Below are positions 1 through 9,081 of a stretch of DNA of 50,871 nt, one piece after another. The position numbers and the translations under genes were made by a program. Under the pieces are notes generated by a model. It was not told where the DNA came from, did no database searches, and saw only the letters and a program-made list of their open reading frames with translations. The first letter of the stretch is position 1; each line of letters begins with the position of its first letter. Source of the DNA: a virus (taxonomy: Duplodnaviria; Caudoviricetes); the IMG/VR virus record IMGVR_UViG_3300025502_000029, positions 1 to 50,871 of that record. One strand, 5' to 3'.

Positions 1-125
1 ATTAATACGGAAGCACCAGGAGCTGGAGAGTTTGGCAGTGTTACAGATATAGGAACAATACTAGTATCTATTAGCAATTTTTCGTTTGCTGATGCTGTAT
101 ATGTGTTATTAATTAGTGTCCACAT
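1..125 (-). CDS. 5' end of a tail fibre protein, runs off the window edge
   Basis: ATG at 125 after AGGA; reads MWTLINNTYTASANEKLLIDTSIVPISVTLPNSPAPGASVL, resembling the DTS...VTLP.SP..G repeats of T4 gp34-like fibres; not in ORF track. Confidence 0.55.
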   Translation of the reverse strand, partial: MWTLINNTYTASANEKLLIDTSIVPISVTLPNSPAPGASVL

Positions 126-139
126 TTATTGAATCCTAC

Positions 140-493
140 TTATGTTTTAATTATTTTCATGGCAGCAGCTTGCCTAGATTTTTCTAGTTTTAAATATTCT
201 GAATCAGAAAGACTTGTTGCAATCCCTAGAGTAAGTTGCCTCATATGACGTAAAATCATCCAATCGGTAGAATTTAAATACGCTTGCGACTTATTGCTAG
301 AATCCATGGAATCCAATATTTCCTTTTTTACCGCTTTTGTTTTTTTATCAATAGAGTCGTAATATCTTTTACCTTGATTTAATTCTTCTGCTTCCAAATC
401 AGAAATTTCCAATACTTCAACACTTTTGGGAACATTGGGCACATAATCAAGCATTGATATTACTTTGCCGTCTTCAATACATAGATATTTCAT
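140..493 (-). CDS. Tail fibre assembly chaperone-like protein
   Basis: C-terminal YLNSTDWMILRH...RQAA motif; lies directly downstream of a fibre gene. Confidence 0.6.
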   Translation of the reverse strand: MKYLCIEDGKVISMLDYVPNVPKSVEVLEISDLEAEELNQGKRYYDSIDKKTKAVKKEILDSMDSSNKSQAYLNSTDWMILRHMRQLTLGIATSLSDSEYLKLEKSRQAAAMKIIKT

Positions 494-494
494 G

Positions 495-1847
495 TTAACT
501 CCTAGTCCATATTGCTAACCAGTTTGCAGCTGGTGCTGATCTCTGTTCAGTATTTTGAACATACACGCGTATTCTATCTGAAAGAAAACCATATGTGTTG
601 CGCATTGAATCATCGCTATTTACATCACCGCCAAAATGTATCACGTGTATCGAAGGTATAAACGCTACGAGATTACTCATGGTCCTACCTGCCGGTGGAA
701 ATATATCAAAATAATTCGATCCATCATTAAATGACCCGAGTTGATTTGTAAAACCTATTGCGTGCGCCGCGCCAGATATAAATTCAAACGGAATTCTTGC
801 AGTGCTAAAAATACCGGCATTAATTTTTGATGCGTTTAAATTTGGTATTATAGAAGCGCTTATAGCCCCAGTTAAATCCGAAGAGTTTAATGAGCCAGAA
901 AAGCTAGTTGCTGATATAGCACCACCAGTAAAAGTATGGCCGCCGGCGGCATGGTATTGTAATGCGCCGTTGCCGACCGAAGCATTACCGCCGTATGCGA
1001 TGATTCTGCTATCGTAGTCAATGTTGTTACCACTTGAATGAAAATCAATAAACGGCGAGGAAGCAACTCCGTCTATTCTACCATGTTCTATTGCAGCGTT
1101 AGTCGTGGGTCTAATTGTTAGTGAACCAGTTAATGCAGCATTAGCAAAGTTAACATTGCTTGTAGTTGCTACTGGTTGGCCGATAGCTATAACACCGGTT
1201 GAGTTATTATATGTTACACCAGTGCCACCAGAAAGTGCAGCTCGTGCTCCAGCATTTGTAAAATAACGATTAGTTGAACCTTCGGGGAGGCCATCAGTTG
1301 TATGATTGGCTATGCTACTTACGGTGCCTGTTACATCGCCTATTACATCGCCTATTATATCACCTTCTAAAGCGGTTACTGTTAGAATACCCCCAGTAGT
1401 TAATCTTAGTTGTGGGTTTACACCAGTACCAGTTCTTATTACAAATGGAGAACTTGCATCGGAAGTTTCTACTGCTACTTCCCATTTTCGATTGGCACCA
1501 TTTGTGAGTCCTACTATAGGTCTGAAACCAGCATTGGTTTTCAAGTCAAGTATAGTTTCACTAGATCCTGGGGCATTAATCTGTACTGGAGAATTTATAG
1601 CAATAAAATCTGTTGGGTTTGTTTCCCGTGTTATTGTGCTTAGAGTAACATTAGATAATGTTGCAGCATCACCTATAAATGCATCTGCAGTAAATATCCC
1701 TTGTATTTCGGCATTTCCTATCCGTGGGTTGGCAGCACCGGCGGATACAAGTAATGCATTATCATTTATAGTGTCAATTACTTCGTTTGTGCGATTTAGC
1801 CAAACCTGAAATGTATCAGAAATTACAACGGGATTAATTGTAGACAT
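495..1847 (-). CDS. Tail fibre / receptor-binding protein
   Basis: N-terminal SDTFQVWLNRTNE anchor; Gly/Thr-rich beta repeats; PFIDFHSSGNNIDYDSRI fibre motif; followed by a chaperone-like gene. Confidence 0.75.
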   Translation of the reverse strand: MSTINPVVISDTFQVWLNRTNEVIDTINDNALLVSAGAANPRIGNAEIQGIFTADAFIGDAATLSNVTLSTITRETNPTDFIAINSPVQINAPGSSETILDLKTNAGFRPIVGLTNGANRKWEVAVETSDASSPFVIRTGTGVNPQLRLTTGGILTVTALEGDIIGDVIGDVTGTVSSIANHTTDGLPEGSTNRYFTNAGARAALSGGTGVTYNNSTGVIAIGQPVATTSNVNFANAALTGSLTIRPTTNAAIEHGRIDGVASSPFIDFHSSGNNIDYDSRIIAYGGNASVGNGALQYHAAGGHTFTGGAISATSFSGSLNSSDLTGAISASIIPNLNASKINAGIFSTARIPFEFISGAAHAIGFTNQLGSFNDGSNYFDIFPPAGRTMSNLVAFIPSIHVIHFGGDVNSDDSMRNTYGFLSDRIRVYVQNTEQRSAPAANWLAIWTRS

Positions 1848-1851
1848 TTAA

Positions 1852-2028
1852 TTACCTGCTCTCTATTCGCAAAACGGTTTGTTCGATTCTATTTATACAC
1901 TCACTAAGCATCTTTACTTCCGTCCTAAGATCTTGTAGTTCTCGTTCCCTTCGTTTATCTGCTCTATACCGCTTTAGTTCTTGAGTGTCGGTTTCTAATA
2001 ATGCTTTTGAATTAATATCTCTAATCAT
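1852..2028 (-). CDS. Small coiled-coil hypothetical protein (58 aa)
   Basis: MIRDINSKALLETDTQELKRYR...IESR; ATGA overlap with the upstream gene's stop; fills the gap exactly; below ORF-track cutoff. Confidence 0.7.
   Translation of the reverse strand: MIRDINSKALLETDTQELKRYRADKRRERELQDLRTEVKMLSECINRIEQTVLRIESR
1890..1897 (-). promoter_or_regulatory. T4-type late promoter TATAAATA for the tail fibre gene
   Basis: Exact gp55 consensus about 45 nt upstream of the ATG at 1847. Confidence 0.6.
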
Positions 2029-5000
2029 TCGAACGAAATACCTCTGTAATCTAGTAGTTTAGGTACACTTGCAACATTATCGGAAAGAAGATCAATTCGT
2101 ATTGCAAAGGATCTATATCCTAAATATGTGCCAGTGTCATTTGTATATTTTACTACTCCATTTTGCTTTTCACCATATGGCAAGAATTCCTCTGGTATTT
2201 CGTATACAAATTCCTTGTAATCATTTACATTTGATCTGCTGGAAAATAGCGCCGAACCTTCTATTTTAGTCAATTCGATCCATTCATTATTACGTAGTGA
2301 TACTGGATCTGCTTCATTTTTTAACTTGATGAAGGCTTTAATGTCAGTACCTACAGGTCTATAGCCTGTTACATATAATCTAAAGTCTTCAGCACCAAAG
2401 CCTTCCTGCAGCTCAACCTTTTTGGATACATATTTTGATGACGTATCTACGCTTTCTGTTACGTTATAAATGTATGTAAATAGCTGGGCAGTTTCAACAT
2501 CTACTAGGGGTGTAGTTGTAGGAACACTATCCTTTTCCAGTGTTAAAATAATTCGTAGATTTTTTTCGCTTGCTGTATCATTTGACTTACTGAATACTAA
2601 GCAACCAATTTCGTTAAATGATTTTTTGTTTGCAAAGTCAAATTCTTGTACATAAGGAACATTAGTAGGAGCTGTTGGATCAATTGCTTTAATTGCAATC
2701 TTTACGTTATTGTCTGCATCTGTAATTCGGTTAATCATTGCTTGTATATAGCTAAGCTCTACGTTATCGACGGAAGCAATTGTAGTTCTTGCATCACTGT
2801 TAATGCCAAAAATAATACCAGAAGGTAAAAAGATACGTGTTTCCCTTGCAGATGAACCTTCAATTACCATAAAATCTGGCTTTCTAGTATTAAAATAGTT
2901 CAACCTTCCAGCTACTACAGGTCTTGAGCCAAAAGTACCTGCAAAGGCCGGTATTTTATCAACTATAATTTCAGTGCTACTTGTTACCGAAACAACTCGC
3001 AGCAGATCTCTTTCAGCGGAAAGATTTTCAACATAGAAATAATCGCCCGCACTATAAGCATTTAGCGCAGATCCGGTTACGATATTATCGGTGGAATTAA
3101 GTATAACTTGATATGTAGTTATCTCTGGTGCCGTGAACATATATAGCAATTCATTACTGTTAAATTGACCTACTGTATTTTCCACGGAAAGGAATTCAAC
3201 ATTATCAGTTTCCAATTCTGCTATACCGGAATCAACATTGAAATTATAGCGATAAAGATCGAATTTTATATCTTCATCCTGATATGATTTCCAAGCGCGG
3301 TTATTTGTAGATGTAAATAGCACACCATCACCCCAGTCGGAGTTTACATCCTGACCAGTAATTAAGTCACGGCCACCTACCTTTTGAGTAAAGATTAGAT
3401 AATCGGGGTCATTTGCATCAGGCATTACAACTAGAGCATATTCTTTTTCTGCATCAAGTCGGATAGGAGCATCAAAGATAATAGATGTTGCGACTGATGC
3501 ATCATCCGAAACATTCACGTCTACTGATCTTAGGTGTTTCTTCGCAAAAGGTAAGATCTCAAAGCTAGGATATCCGTTTTCAACTTCACGAATCATTATT
3601 GTAACGCCGTTAGTTAGACTTTTTCGCTTAAAGAAAACATCTACTCTTCCGAGGAACAATGTATCAGCACCTTGAGTCATAACATCTTTCACAAAGAATG
3701 TCTGTGAAAGCGGATCGGTTGGGCCTTGGCGAGGCCTTGCTGGTGGTGGTGGCGGCGGAACCGTTCTAGTGGTAACCGAATTATTGGTAGTAACAGATCT
3801 TGTTGTTTCAACATCAAACTCAGGTCTTCTGGTAGATATAGTTAGACCTGTTTTATCTATGCTGAAGTTGTAAGCATTGTATTTTAATTTGCCACTAGAT
3901 GCAGATGCAGTATCAATATTTTCAAATGTTTCCACATCGGCAATTATCAATTCTCTTTCGCCTACAATAAAGGTGTTTTCTGGTATATTGAATACTGCGA
4001 AGATTTCACCGTTGACATTTGATACAACCGGTGAACCAAACGCACCTGCCCTACGGACAGTCGCGCCAGCAGATATACCAGATAGATCCTGATTTAGAAT
4101 TCCAGGTGCTATGAAGGTATCTACATTTACTTCATCAAAGAAGAAATAGTGTGTAGTATTTGGACGAAGTCCGAACATCTGAATTGATACTTCAATGGAG
4201 CGAATAAACGGCCGCAACTCAAAATTTGTTACAAAGTCGCCAACAAATTGTTCCTGAGTGACACCTTCATTTACGGTAAGTTCTCTAAAGATATTTTCGA
4301 ATGATTGGCTTGTAGTGGTAGTAGTTGTTCTTCCGGTTGTTGTTGCAGAAACAGCAGTGCTCAATAGATTTCTCTGGGTAGAGGTCAAAGGTACGAATTC
4401 ACTCAGTGCCTCCGTAAATTCGGAAAATGGTGTTACAAGATCAATCTCAAAATTTACTGGTGTAGTTACTGTATCATATCCAACATCATAGTCAGGTGTT
4501 ATGAAACCAGTTCCTTTGTATGAATAAAAGTTACTGGTACATGATCTGAAGTTTGTTGCATACTGCTGTCTTAAGAATCGCACGAGTTGATTCGCACCAA
4601 GTGTTACAACTCTATCATTAACATCAAAAGATTGTGTATCTGTTAATTGTTTTACCTTTAGATTTAGTGGGAATTGCTTAACACTTGGGTATAGTGTAGT
4701 TTCTGTGAAGTCAACAGATGAGTTGAAAATAGGGTCGGTAACATCTGCAATTGAAAGATCGTTAAATGGATCCACTACAATGCCATTTTTAAATCTGTTT
4801 AAACCGTTTTCATCTTGGATTAGAAGATTTCTAGTTGCAGATTCTAGTGCACTAAGTTTTGTGTAATACATTAGACGATCTATCTTATCAGATATGTTAT
4901 GTATATCTTTCATAGTGTATGTTTTTATCATCTTTCTTTTTATCTGTAGAGTTTCATTTCTACGATTTAATTTAGATGCTTTTTCTGGCGAAAGAAGAGG

Positions 5001-7469
5001 ATAACCAGGCACAATAATTTCAGCAATTATTGAATTTTCAGTTTTATCAATTTTACCTATTGGTGTTCCCGTGATGTCACCTACGATGTATTTAAATCGA
5101 CCGTAAGAACTTCCTACTATATGGTCAACTCTACTGCCATAATATTCGATATCGATTGATGCACTTGTATCAACCGCTGGGACTATATGATTAATATCAG
5201 TTGAAAACAGTTCAGCATTATAGTCAGGCAATGAAACTCCACCAGTAAGTAGAGTTGCACCGGTGGTTGTTGTGGAATATGCAGATATAGGTAGCCTATA
5301 AGGTCTGAAGTCAAGTGATGATTTTAGATCATAAATTTGACCATCTTCTGTCTCGAAGTAGGTAATATAATCACTATCAATATTTGCATAACTATCTACT
5401 GTAAAGAAGTTTATTTCTGTACTAGTATCTACCTTGAAAACCCGCAAGTTTATAGTAAGTACTTCGGTATCAGCAGGTAATGGTCTGCCTGGTATACTTT
5501 CTATATATGAATGATCATAAAAATCATCCTTTTGATTTTTTTGAAGTCGGAAGCTATTCGTAAAATCATTACCTAATGAATCTTCGATGCTTATAATTTC
5601 AGCAACATCTGGCAAGCCAAGTTTATATTGTGTTTCAATAGTAGAATAAGTAGTTTTTACATATACTTCAAGAAGCTGTTTTAATCTGTGTTCGGCATTT
5701 GTAATTGTAGCATTATAATATACAGTAATCTCTTCTGTGCCAGATGAAGCTGTTATAACAAGATTACCGCTAGTAAGTACAGCATCAGTAATTGTCGCCG
5801 GGTTATTATCACTGCTTTGAATTACCAAAAGATTAGCTAGTGTGTTAGCATCAAAAACCTCTTCTGCTGATGGCTCTACTGTTATGGTGCCCGCTGAAGA
5901 AGGTGTTATTTTACTTCTTCTTACCGAAAAGGAAATATCAGATACCGATTTAACAAACGATTTATTTGCGTCAAACACAAGTCTAGATTCTGATGAATTA
6001 ATTACCCGAGGTAGAATTTCAATTTCACCTTGAGTCGTTCCTTCTTTTACATATACAACATCATCAAATGTTTCACCTGCATCCATTCTTATACCAAAAA
6101 GATATATTCTTTCTGGTGTATAGTTCTTTACGGTAGCCGATCCTATTACACCGAAACCTGAATCTAGCAATGATACATTTTGCATACTTCCTATTGTAAC
6201 ACTACCAGTTGCTGCGATAACATTACAGTAGCCGCCATAATTAAAGTTAACAGGTTGGTTGTTTACATCAAATGTTGTTGTGTTAGCATTCGGCACCTCA
6301 AATAATCTTTTTGAGTCATTAGATACTCTGTAACCCTTTGAGTATGCAACGCCCTCCCCCATTTCCACGAAGAAAGTATCGGTGACATCATTCTTTAAGA
6401 TCTCAAATTGAAATTGATTTTTTGTAAAATCACCGCTTATTTCATAGGTTCTTCTAGCAAGTTCTTTACCAATTGAGTTAAAGTCAGAAACATTTCGTGT
6501 TTCAACCGCAAATCCGTTCTCGTATCTACGCAAAATAAAGAACTCAGGGTCTGTTTCTGCGGTAGGTGTATCTCTTGCAATAAGTCTAGGTACCAATAGT
6601 AATCTATCAGCACCAGGTGCATTTTCATTTGGAGAACCATTGGCATTATCTAATAGTGATGTATCTTGCTGCGAGTTTACAACTGATTCATCTACTGCAT
6701 AACCCACAGAAATATCATTTGGCTGTATTGTGAAGGGATCTATGGAATCAGTAAGATATTTCTTAACAACAATGGTTTGGTCATCAACAAATAGGAAGTA
6801 ACCGCGCTGGAAGATAATACCTTCAGATACGTTTAAGCCGAAGGATGCACCAATTGGAGTTGAAAAACCCGCGACCGCAGTACTAGCAATAATACCGTTA
6901 TCAATAACAGTTTCCAGAACTTCTTCATCGATAGTTTGTGTACGTAAAATGTACTCTCTTATATTTAAGGTATCATTTGGCTCATAGACTTTCTTTTCTA
7001 TGGTACCATTTACCAAGGCGGTATTAAGATACACAACAAAGAATGTATTTAGATCTGGTGCACGGCTTTGAAAACCTGCACTTCCCTGTATGATTAAGGA
7101 CTTCAATCCATTTTCGTCTTCTATTTCATAATAGTATTCATCGATAGTACCATCTTCTTGTATAACAGTGCGCTCGATAAATTCCTCTGGTCTTGCCCTA
7201 CTGGAATCTTCCTCAAATAGAATATTATCAACTACTTTAATATATTGCAAATTTTTCAATTCTGTAAAGGTACAACCCTTGATAATCGAGCCTTCCTTAT
7301 AGACATTTTCACCAAATTGCTCAATTTGGTTTTGAAGACTAGTCTGTAATTGTGTTAATTCTCTTGCCTGAACTGCAAAGCCAGGCTTGAAAAGCACTCG
7401 ATAATATTTGTTTGCAATATCGTAATCATCAAAATACGGCGCAATATTAAGATCTGTTTTAATGCCCAT
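2025..7469 (-). CDS. VrlC-like (DUF4815-type) large virion structural protein
   Basis: LNIAPYFDDYD...LFKPGFAVQARELTQLQ start; APGADRL, LARRTYEISGDF, RFKNGIVVDPF and DPLSQTF motifs; 1814 aa. Confidence 0.8.
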   Translation of the reverse strand: MGIKTDLNIAPYFDDYDIANKYYRVLFKPGFAVQARELTQLQTSLQNQIEQFGENVYKEGSIIKGCTFTELKNLQYIKVVDNILFEEDSSRARPEEFIERTVIQEDGTIDEYYYEIEDENGLKSLIIQGSAGFQSRAPDLNTFFVVYLNTALVNGTIEKKVYEPNDTLNIREYILRTQTIDEEVLETVIDNGIIASTAVAGFSTPIGASFGLNVSEGIIFQRGYFLFVDDQTIVVKKYLTDSIDPFTIQPNDISVGYAVDESVVNSQQDTSLLDNANGSPNENAPGADRLLLVPRLIARDTPTAETDPEFFILRRYENGFAVETRNVSDFNSIGKELARRTYEISGDFTKNQFQFEILKNDVTDTFFVEMGEGVAYSKGYRVSNDSKRLFEVPNANTTTFDVNNQPVNFNYGGYCNVIAATGSVTIGSMQNVSLLDSGFGVIGSATVKNYTPERIYLFGIRMDAGETFDDVVYVKEGTTQGEIEILPRVINSSESRLVFDANKSFVKSVSDISFSVRRSKITPSSAGTITVEPSAEEVFDANTLANLLVIQSSDNNPATITDAVLTSGNLVITASSGTEEITVYYNATITNAEHRLKQLLEVYVKTTYSTIETQYKLGLPDVAEIISIEDSLGNDFTNSFRLQKNQKDDFYDHSYIESIPGRPLPADTEVLTINLRVFKVDTSTEINFFTVDSYANIDSDYITYFETEDGQIYDLKSSLDFRPYRLPISAYSTTTTGATLLTGGVSLPDYNAELFSTDINHIVPAVDTSASIDIEYYGSRVDHIVGSSYGRFKYIVGDITGTPIGKIDKTENSIIAEIIVPGYPLLSPEKASKLNRRNETLQIKRKMIKTYTMKDIHNISDKIDRLMYYTKLSALESATRNLLIQDENGLNRFKNGIVVDPFNDLSIADVTDPIFNSSVDFTETTLYPSVKQFPLNLKVKQLTDTQSFDVNDRVVTLGANQLVRFLRQQYATNFRSCTSNFYSYKGTGFITPDYDVGYDTVTTPVNFEIDLVTPFSEFTEALSEFVPLTSTQRNLLSTAVSATTTGRTTTTTTSQSFENIFRELTVNEGVTQEQFVGDFVTNFELRPFIRSIEVSIQMFGLRPNTTHYFFFDEVNVDTFIAPGILNQDLSGISAGATVRRAGAFGSPVVSNVNGEIFAVFNIPENTFIVGERELIIADVETFENIDTASASSGKLKYNAYNFSIDKTGLTISTRRPEFDVETTRSVTTNNSVTTRTVPPPPPPARPRQGPTDPLSQTFFVKDVMTQGADTLFLGRVDVFFKRKSLTNGVTIMIREVENGYPSFEILPFAKKHLRSVDVNVSDDASVATSIIFDAPIRLDAEKEYALVVMPDANDPDYLIFTQKVGGRDLITGQDVNSDWGDGVLFTSTNNRAWKSYQDEDIKFDLYRYNFNVDSGIAELETDNVEFLSVENTVGQFNSNELLYMFTAPEITTYQVILNSTDNIVTGSALNAYSAGDYFYVENLSAERDLLRVVSVTSSTEIIVDKIPAFAGTFGSRPVVAGRLNYFNTRKPDFMVIEGSSARETRIFLPSGIIFGINSDARTTIASVDNVELSYIQAMINRITDADNNVKIAIKAIDPTAPTNVPYVQEFDFANKKSFNEIGCLVFSKSNDTASEKNLRIILTLEKDSVPTTTPLVDVETAQLFTYIYNVTESVDTSSKYVSKKVELQEGFGAEDFRLYVTGYRPVGTDIKAFIKLKNEADPVSLRNNEWIELTKIEGSALFSSRSNVNDYKEFVYEIPEEFLPYGEKQNGVVKYTNDTGTYLGYRSFAIRIDLLSDNVASVPKLLDYRGISFE

Positions 7470-7484
7470 TGTGTGCCTTTATCC

Positions 7485-9062
7485 TTAAAAGTCTATTATA
7501 AGACGTATTTGTTCAACTTTATCTTCTGTTCTTTGTATTGGTACTGAATCCGCAATAAAAAGAACATCTCCCGTATCACCTATATATGGCGAATATTCTA
7601 TTGTATTTATACTAATACCACCAGTACCGATATCAATGGGCGCCGTATCAACGAATGTTTCCGAATAGGGCCCTGTATAATCTGAAACATATATTGTATT
7701 TGTACCAGTGTCTACTTCATGGACAATACCCTGAACATTGCCTTGCCTTACTGTTTGTCCGACTGAAATGGCAGCAACACTAGAGTTTGATGTAAGTTTA
7801 ATTCGATTATCAAATGTCGATGAATCAAATTCTGTTTCAAACACTGGCTTTTTAACAACGGCTATTTTACTATATGTACCGACAGAAGGTATATCAAATC
7901 CCACACCGCTTGATATGCTTTTAGCAATACCAATTTGTTTGCATTTAAGTTCTCTAAAGATATTTGTGCCATGACCGTCGTCTGGTGATATAATCGCGCG
8001 TAATGTTGCGCGGGCAGCGCCCTGGGTAACATCAAATGCCTGTGTTGGATCTACTATCGTTGCTGTAGCTCTAGTATATCCCGTTCCGTAAGATAACATT
8101 CTTGTTGATACAATTCTTCCAGCCTCAAACACGGGCATTGCAATAGCACCGGTGCCATTTCCTCTTATCTGGATTGTAGGGGCTATTTGAATGATGTCAA
8201 ACGCTTCAATAAATGTGTTCGGTTGTACTCTAATAAATGGTCTCGAATTTAGTATACCGGATTCGATAATCTCAAAAACTTCAGTTTCTAAAATAGAAGA
8301 GGTTTCATTTTTTCTTATATATAGAGATCTATTTAGATAAAAGTTAGGTGTAGAAAAATCAAATGCTTGTATAGAAGAAAACTGCGACCCGTCGGATGAA
8401 TCTAATTTTGCAGTTGAGTTTATGTATACAATGCCAGTTATGCTGTCAAAACTTTCGACGGTACCTGCTATTAATTCATAACCTTTATTTGTGTTTGTAT
8501 TTTCAACTACTACCGAAAAGATGCCATCATCAGCTACTGCTTCTACACTGGCGTTTCTTACTACGGGCATCAAATTTCTAGCAGAAAATCTTCTAAAACT
8601 AACAAATGGCGTCGATGACATATATTTCCATATATAACCGTCTGGCAATTCATAGATACCGTCCGCAATGTTATTTGTAAATTCTGGTTTATTTACTGAG
8701 GTAGTATTTCTTGCGTTTGAAATACACTTAAAGATATGATAGTCGCCGCCGTCAATTTCTGGCTCAACTACGACATAGAAATTTGTGCCATCTAGAATAG
8801 CTTGATCATCATATGCAGCATATACTACATCTTGTCTCCACACAATAATGGGCAGCATAAATGAAAGATCTCTTGGTTCTATTTGTATACCAAAGATTGT
8901 TTTATCTATAAAATCTCTTGCTGTTTTTGGGGCATTTGTTGAAAGCGGTTTAACACTCACGCCTGCAAATGAACCAAACAACCAAAAATCATTTTCTATT
9001 AGGTTTTTAAGATAATAGTTTTCTGTGAGATCATAATCGAATTTATCTAATTTTGTTGCCAC
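7485..9062 (-). CDS. 8: Baseplate wedge subunit gp8-like
   Basis: FYVV...IFKCISN and DGYIWKYM motifs, IISPDDGHG, C-terminal PIQRTEDKVEQIRLIIDF; GTG start. Confidence 0.75.
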   Translation of the reverse strand: MATKLDKFDYDLTENYYLKNLIENDFWLFGSFAGVSVKPLSTNAPKTARDFIDKTIFGIQIEPRDLSFMLPIIVWRQDVVYAAYDDQAILDGTNFYVVVEPEIDGGDYHIFKCISNARNTTSVNKPEFTNNIADGIYELPDGYIWKYMSSTPFVSFRRFSARNLMPVVRNASVEAVADDGIFSVVVENTNTNKGYELIAGTVESFDSITGIVYINSTAKLDSSDGSQFSSIQAFDFSTPNFYLNRSLYIRKNETSSILETEVFEIIESGILNSRPFIRVQPNTFIEAFDIIQIAPTIQIRGNGTGAIAMPVFEAGRIVSTRMLSYGTGYTRATATIVDPTQAFDVTQGAARATLRAIISPDDGHGTNIFRELKCKQIGIAKSISSGVGFDIPSVGTYSKIAVVKKPVFETEFDSSTFDNRIKLTSNSSVAAISVGQTVRQGNVQGIVHEVDTGTNTIYVSDYTGPYSETFVDTAPIDIGTGGISINTIEYSPYIGDTGDVLFIADSVPIQRTEDKVEQIRLIIDF

Positions 9063-9081
9063 TTGTAATCCTCGATCAGTG

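Noticed and set aside
1331-1364. 12-nt tandem repeat TTACATCGCCTA
   Set aside because: Encodes ordinary GDVI/GDVT fibre repeats; not a CRISPR or regulatory array
495-1847. Diversity-generating retroelement or invertible fibre cassette
   Set aside because: No reverse transcriptase, invertase or template-repeat copy seen in the window
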